Source: Hyphomicrobiales bacterium (GTDB lineage Bacteria > Chloroflexota > Dehalococcoidia > Tepidiformales > Tepidiformaceae). From it: DNA of 29,175 bases. Of this stretch, positions 25,425-29,175 are shown one piece after another. The first letter of the stretch is position 1, and each line of letters starts with the position of its first letter. The stretch spans positions 1 to 29,175 of the forward strand of contig JBLNCO010000343.1 of assembly GCA_050260715.1 (NCBI GenBank), read 5' to 3'. The position numbers and the translations under genes were made by a program. The notes below the pieces were generated by a model, which worked only from the letters and a program-made list of their open reading frames with translations, was not told the DNA's origin and searched no databases.

Positions 25425-26086
25425 CTAATCGTCGTCGAGGGTGTCATTGGCCGACCAGGGCCGCAGGTCGAGCCGATCGAGCACGCGCCAGCCGTAGGCG
25501 AGCCAGAGGGCGCCGAAGCCGATGGTGTAGCCGATCGCGGCCCCGGGCGAGGCGGCGTCGTCGTTCACGGTGATCCGCTCGAGGATCTCGCTGATGGCGT
25601 TGCCCAGGAAGATGAGCGCGAAGATGCCGGCGCCAATCGCAACCACGACTTCGACCGCCGTTTCCACGCCCTGGTCGAGGAGGTGGGCGTTGACGGCCCG
25701 GGCGCGAAGTGCCACGTGGACGAGCGCGAGGGCCGCGCCAACGCCGATGAACCCGAGCCCCTGGGCGAGGTCAGCGTCGCGGCGGGCCTCGAAATCCCCA
25801 TCTGCGGCCGGGTTCGGCAGCGGCGAGAAGATGTCGCTGGTCGCAGGCCCGTACGCGTAGCCCTCGTCGATGCGAGCGGTGACCGACGTGACGAGCGCCG
25901 CGACGCCGGCCGCGAACAGGATCGCCGACGCCGCCAGCATGATGGCGGTGTACGCGGTCAGGCCGCTGATGAGGTCGAGCGGCTGGCGGCGCTGGACCGC
26001 ACCATGACGAACGCGAACGCAAGGACGGCCAGCGCAAGGAAGACGCTCAAGAGGTTGACGACGAACACACCAAATACCACGCTCAT
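25425..26086 (-). pseudogene. Multi-pass membrane protein with an apparent 1-bp deletion near 26003
   Basis: ATG 26086 (TATAGT 6 nt upstream) gives MSVVFGVFVVNLLSVFLALAVLAFAFV; hydrophobic coding continues in another frame (GAVQRRQPLDLISGLTAYTAIMLAASAILF...) to the stop at 25425. 662 nt is one base short of an intact frame. Confidence 0.65.
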
Positions 26087-26136
26087 GCGCGCACTATACA
26101 CGTCTTGTCATCTCGGACGGCGAACGTCAGCGGGGC

Positions 26137-26680
26137 TCATGCGCTCCCGAGGTCGAGCGGCGCTTTCACTTCGAGACCGTGTTCGGTGGCCCGGGCGACC
26201 GTGAGGTTCGTGACGGCGAGTTCCCACGCAAGCGGGCGGCGCGCGCACCACACGAGCACCGCCGGCAGCAGGCCGGGCGCCAGGTTCTGCTGGGCGAGCG
26301 TGATGTGCGGCACCCAGGCGTCCGGAGCGTAGTAGGGCTGGCTCGCCACGCCCCGTTCGGCGAGCGCGGCGTGGATCGCCTCGTGCAGACGCGAAAGACG
26401 GGCATCGCGCACGACCCGCCACGTAGACGACCGGTTCTTCGCAGCCGAACACGCCAAGGCCCGCCGTGCGCACCAGGAACGGGCCCTGCCCGGCGGCCAG
26501 CGGCCCGATCGCGGCTTCGAACACCCCTTGCGGGTATTCGCCGTCGGCGAGGTCGAACGTGAGGTGCGGTTCGGCGCCGGGGAAGTCGGGCGCAAGCCCG
26601 GACTCGCGTTCCAGGTCGCGCCAGATTTCGCGGAACCGCTGGGCGTCACGCCCTTCGAAGATGGTTGCGATGCCTTCCAC
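26137..26680 (-). pseudogene. 2H-phosphoesterase (2'-5' RNA ligase family) with an apparent 1-bp insertion near 26417
   Basis: First HxT motif (PHLTF) in track ORF 26108..26773 and second (PHITL) in track ORF 26137..26649; frames join at EEPVVYV(A)/VVRDARL. Removing one base gives about 180 aa. Confidence 0.75.
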
Positions 26681-26804
26681 GTGACCCCCTGTCCGCCGCG
26701 AGGATGGTAGCGCGGGGCGGCAGCGCTTGCGGAACACCCTCGCCGCGCGGGAAGATTGTGCTCCCAAGCACAATCGATCGGCGCGCGAGCGCCGGGAGGC
26801 GCAG

Positions 26805-27683
26805 GTGGCCGTCGTTGTCGTGACCTCTTCGACCCCGGGAGCGGGAAAGACGGGCGTGGCGGCCGCGATCGCCCGCCACTACGCCTACCTCGGCCGCCCC
26901 GTGAAGCTCGCCCGGCTCGAAGGCGCCGATGGTGACCCCGCGGCCGATGCGGCCTACTTCGCCAGTCTCCCGTTCGCGCCCGGGAGCAGCGCCGGCACGC
27001 TGGCCGCCGGCGACGTGCGCGACCCGGGCGGCCAGGAGCTGCTCGTCGTCGAAGCCGACACCGAAGCCGCCGCGAAGATCGCGGATGCCACGGTCGTGTT
27101 CGTCGCCCGCGACGAGCGGCCGAAGTCCGCCCCGGAGGGGATTACCCCCGCCGCGGTCATCGTCACCGACGTGGCCCCGGCGCTGGCCGGCGAGCCGCAG
27201 CAGGCCGAGGGCCAGCCGCTCATCATCGAGCTGCCGGAGGACCGGGTGCTCGCCGGGTTCTCGGTGGCCGAAGCGAAGGCCATGCTCAACGCCGATGTGC
27301 TGGTCGAAGGCGACGACGAGGACGTCACCTGCGACGAGCTGGTCATCGCCCCGATCGCGTCGGACGCGGGGCAGCCCTACTTCACGCGCTTCGGCTCCGA
27401 GGCGGTGGTGGTGCGCTTCGACAAGACCGACCAGCATCTCGCGGCGATGCGCGCCGACCCCGCTGTGCTCATCCTGACCGGCGGCCGCCGTCCCTCGGAC
27501 TACACGTTCGATGCGGCCGGCGCGAAGGGCATCACCGTGCTGCTTTCGCGGACCGACACCGAGAACACGGTCATCGCACTCGAAGGGATCTTCGACCAGA
27601 CGCGGTTCCAGGGCGAACGGAAGCTCGACCGCATGGTGGAACTGCTCGAAGAAACGCCGCTCTTCCACACGCTCGAGCTCTAG
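26805..27683 (+). CDS. Stand-alone phosphotransacetylase N-terminal-like protein (BioD-like P-loop plus DRTGG domain)
   Basis: VVVTSSTPGAGKTGVAAA, VVRFDKTDQHLAA, LILTGG, VLLSRTDT; GGGAGG RBS. Confidence 0.8.
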   Translation: MAVVVVTSSTPGAGKTGVAAAIARHYAYLGRPVKLARLEGADGDPAADAAYFASLPFAPGSSAGTLAAGDVRDPGGQELLVVEADTEAAAKIADATVVFVARDERPKSAPEGITPAAVIVTDVAPALAGEPQQAEGQPLIIELPEDRVLAGFSVAEAKAMLNADVLVEGDDEDVTCDELVIAPIASDAGQPYFTRFGSEAVVVRFDKTDQHLAAMRADPAVLILTGGRRPSDYTFDAAGAKGITVLLSRTDTENTVIALEGIFDQTRFQGERKLDRMVELLEETPLFHTLEL

Positions 27684-27870
27684 CACCGTACCGTTCTCCG
27701 CCCGAGGTGTGTCCGGTGGCGAACATTCGTCCGGGCGGTATATGGGACCGCAATGTCTGCCGTTCGCTCCTTGATAAAGTGGGCGGGTTTCGGCCACCGG
27801 TGCTCCAGTCGATGCGAGTATCCTATGGATCCATTCGCGCAGGCAGAGAGCAGAGGTGGGAGGCGTTTCG

Positions 27871-28068
27871 GTGCAGGTGGAAGTGATCGAATTCGAGTTG
27901 ACGTGCCCGCGTCACGGCCGGGAGCTGATGGTGGTGCCCGTGCGGTTTCCGCGGCCGCAGGGCTGCCGTCACTGCTTCGCGCCGCTCACCTCCCGGCGCG
28001 AAATCCGGCGCTTCATGATGGAAACGCCGGTCCCCGACACGGTCCCGTCCGAGGCGTGGATCGGGTAG
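27871..28068 (+). CDS. 65-aa putative Zn-binding small protein
   Basis: GGGAGG 7 nt before GTG 27871; MQVEVIEFELTCPRHGRELMVVPVRFPRPQGCRHCFAPLTSRREIRRFMMETPVPDTVPSEAWIG; CxxH...CxxC. Confidence 0.65.
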   Translation: MQVEVIEFELTCPRHGRELMVVPVRFPRPQGCRHCFAPLTSRREIRRFMMETPVPDTVPSEAWIG

Positions 28069-28274
28069 CCCCCCGGCGCCGGTTGCGGCCGCTTCGCGCA
28101 CGCCGGCCCGGCCGATCTTTCGGTTCCGATCTATAGCCCTGTTGACACTTGTCTATCGTCCTCGCAGCGCAGGATGCGGGCGGGTTCGCGCCCGAAGGAC
28201 GCTCGATTGCGCGGGGCGCGCGAATTTGGTTGCATGGGGACAAACCTCTACTTCCACCCGGAGATCTGCTCGAC

Positions 28275-29175
28275 TTGGAAAGTTTGGAAGGTATTCAACG
28301 GCGGGCACGGCACACCTGGCCGCTGCTCCTGACCCTGCTCGCGCTCGTCGCGATCATCGCTGCAGCCTGCGGCGGCGACGATGACGACGACGACACCAAT
28401 GGCGACACCACACCCGAAACTACGGCCACCCAGGCTTCCGGCGACACCGCCACCCCGGAGGCGCACACGCAGTACCCCGTGAAGGTCACCGACCTCCTTG
28501 GCCGCGAGGTGGAGATCAAGGCGAAGCCCGAATCCGTGGTCGCGATTAGCCCGACTGCGGTCGAGTACGTGTACGCGGTGGGCGGCAAGGTCGTCGGCCG
28601 CGTCTCGTCCGCCGACGACCCGCCCGAGGCGCAGCAGGCGAAGGACGTCGGCACCGCCTACCAGCCGAGCTTCGAGACGATCCTTTCGCTCAAGCCCGAC
28701 CTCGTCATCGCCGACTCCGTGATTCACGCGGGCAACGAGTACCGCCAGCCGCTCGACCAGCTCGGCGTGCCGGTCGTCTACGCCGGCGCCGAAAGCTACG
28801 ACCAGGTGCTCGAGGGCCTGAAGCTCGTGGGCACCATTTTCGATGCCCAGGCGAAGGCCGACGAGGTTATCGCGAACGTCGAACAGGCGCGCGATGAGGC
28901 GAAGCTCGCTGTTTCGAAGAACAAGGTGACGGCGGTCGCGATGATTGCCGGCCGCGACCAGACGCTTTACGCCGCGAAGGACAACAGCTACGTCGGCGAC
29001 ATCCTGAAGCAGGCGGGCATCGAAAACCCGGCCGCGAGCCAGCCGGACGCGGGCCCCTTCCCGGGCTACAGCACGCTCGCTCCCGAAAAGCTCATCGAAT
29101 ACAACCCCGACATCATCTTCACCATCACGCCCGGGCCGCCGGAAGTGCCGCGCCTGAGCACGCTCGTGCCGCAGA
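28275..29175 (+). CDS. ABC transporter substrate-binding lipoprotein, BtuF/Fe-siderophore class, truncated by the window end
   Basis: Not in the ORF track; hand-translated open frame ...WPLLLTLLALVAIIAAAC-GGDDDDD...YPVKVTDLLGREVEIKAKPESVVAISP...PSFETILSLKPDLVIA...SYVGDILKQAG...EKLIEYNPDIIF. TTG start at 28275 or 28284. Confidence 0.9.
   Translation, partial: MESLEGIQRRARHTWPLLLTLLALVAIIAAACGGDDDDDDTNGDTTPETTATQASGDTATPEAHTQYPVKVTDLLGREVEIKAKPESVVAISPTAVEYVYAVGGKVVGRVSSADDPPEAQQAKDVGTAYQPSFETILSLKPDLVIADSVIHAGNEYRQPLDQLGVPVVYAGAESYDQVLEGLKLVGTIFDAQAKADEVIANVEQARDEAKLAVSKNKVTAVAMIAGRDQTLYAAKDNSYVGDILKQAGIENPAASQPDAGPFPGYSTLAPEKLIEYNPDIIFTITPGPPEVPRLSTLVPQ

Noticed and set aside
28372-28395. 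GAC/GAT trinucleotide run
   Set aside because: It encodes an ordinary poly-Asp linker after the lipoprotein Cys; it is in frame, so not a phase-variation tract.
1-29175. CRISPR array, IS/transposase, prophage or recognisable defence system
   Set aside because: No regularly spaced direct repeats, terminal inverted repeats, integrase, transposase or phage structural motifs were seen; the Uma2 fragment is the only nuclease-like sequence.

Overview
GC-rich bacterial chromosome segment (GC content judged by eye). Gene content, gene order and protein style suggest Chloroflexota/Dehalococcoidia, Tepidiforma-like; this is inference and no database search was run. It carries about 33 housekeeping and hypothetical genes, including an Ada/Ogt-like gene, a YkgJ protein, a TPR protein, rlmB, two paralogous surface proteins coupled to an S8 protease, a D-2-hydroxyacid dehydrogenase, an XRE regulator, pdxT with an R3H-AAA ATPase, GNATs, an FGE-like/MBL pair, HTH-purK-purE, clpS, an MFS transporter, a CitE/HpcH lyase, a PAS protein, a DRTGG protein and a truncated ABC substrate-binding lipoprotein. 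No CRISPR array, tRNA, rRNA or intact mobile element was seen. The best leads are: a ~176-nt 6S-RNA-like hairpin upstream of pdxT; the coupled paralog-paralog-subtilase surface operon; a winged-HTH regulator heading purK-purE; a 3xPAS protein whose histidine-kinase dimerization domain lacks the His and has no ATPase domain; five genes with an identical leaderless promoter layout; two ~60-aa putative Zn-binding proteins; and three disrupted genes not resolved by the ORF track. Most long ORFs in the supplied track are GC-rich shadow frames.
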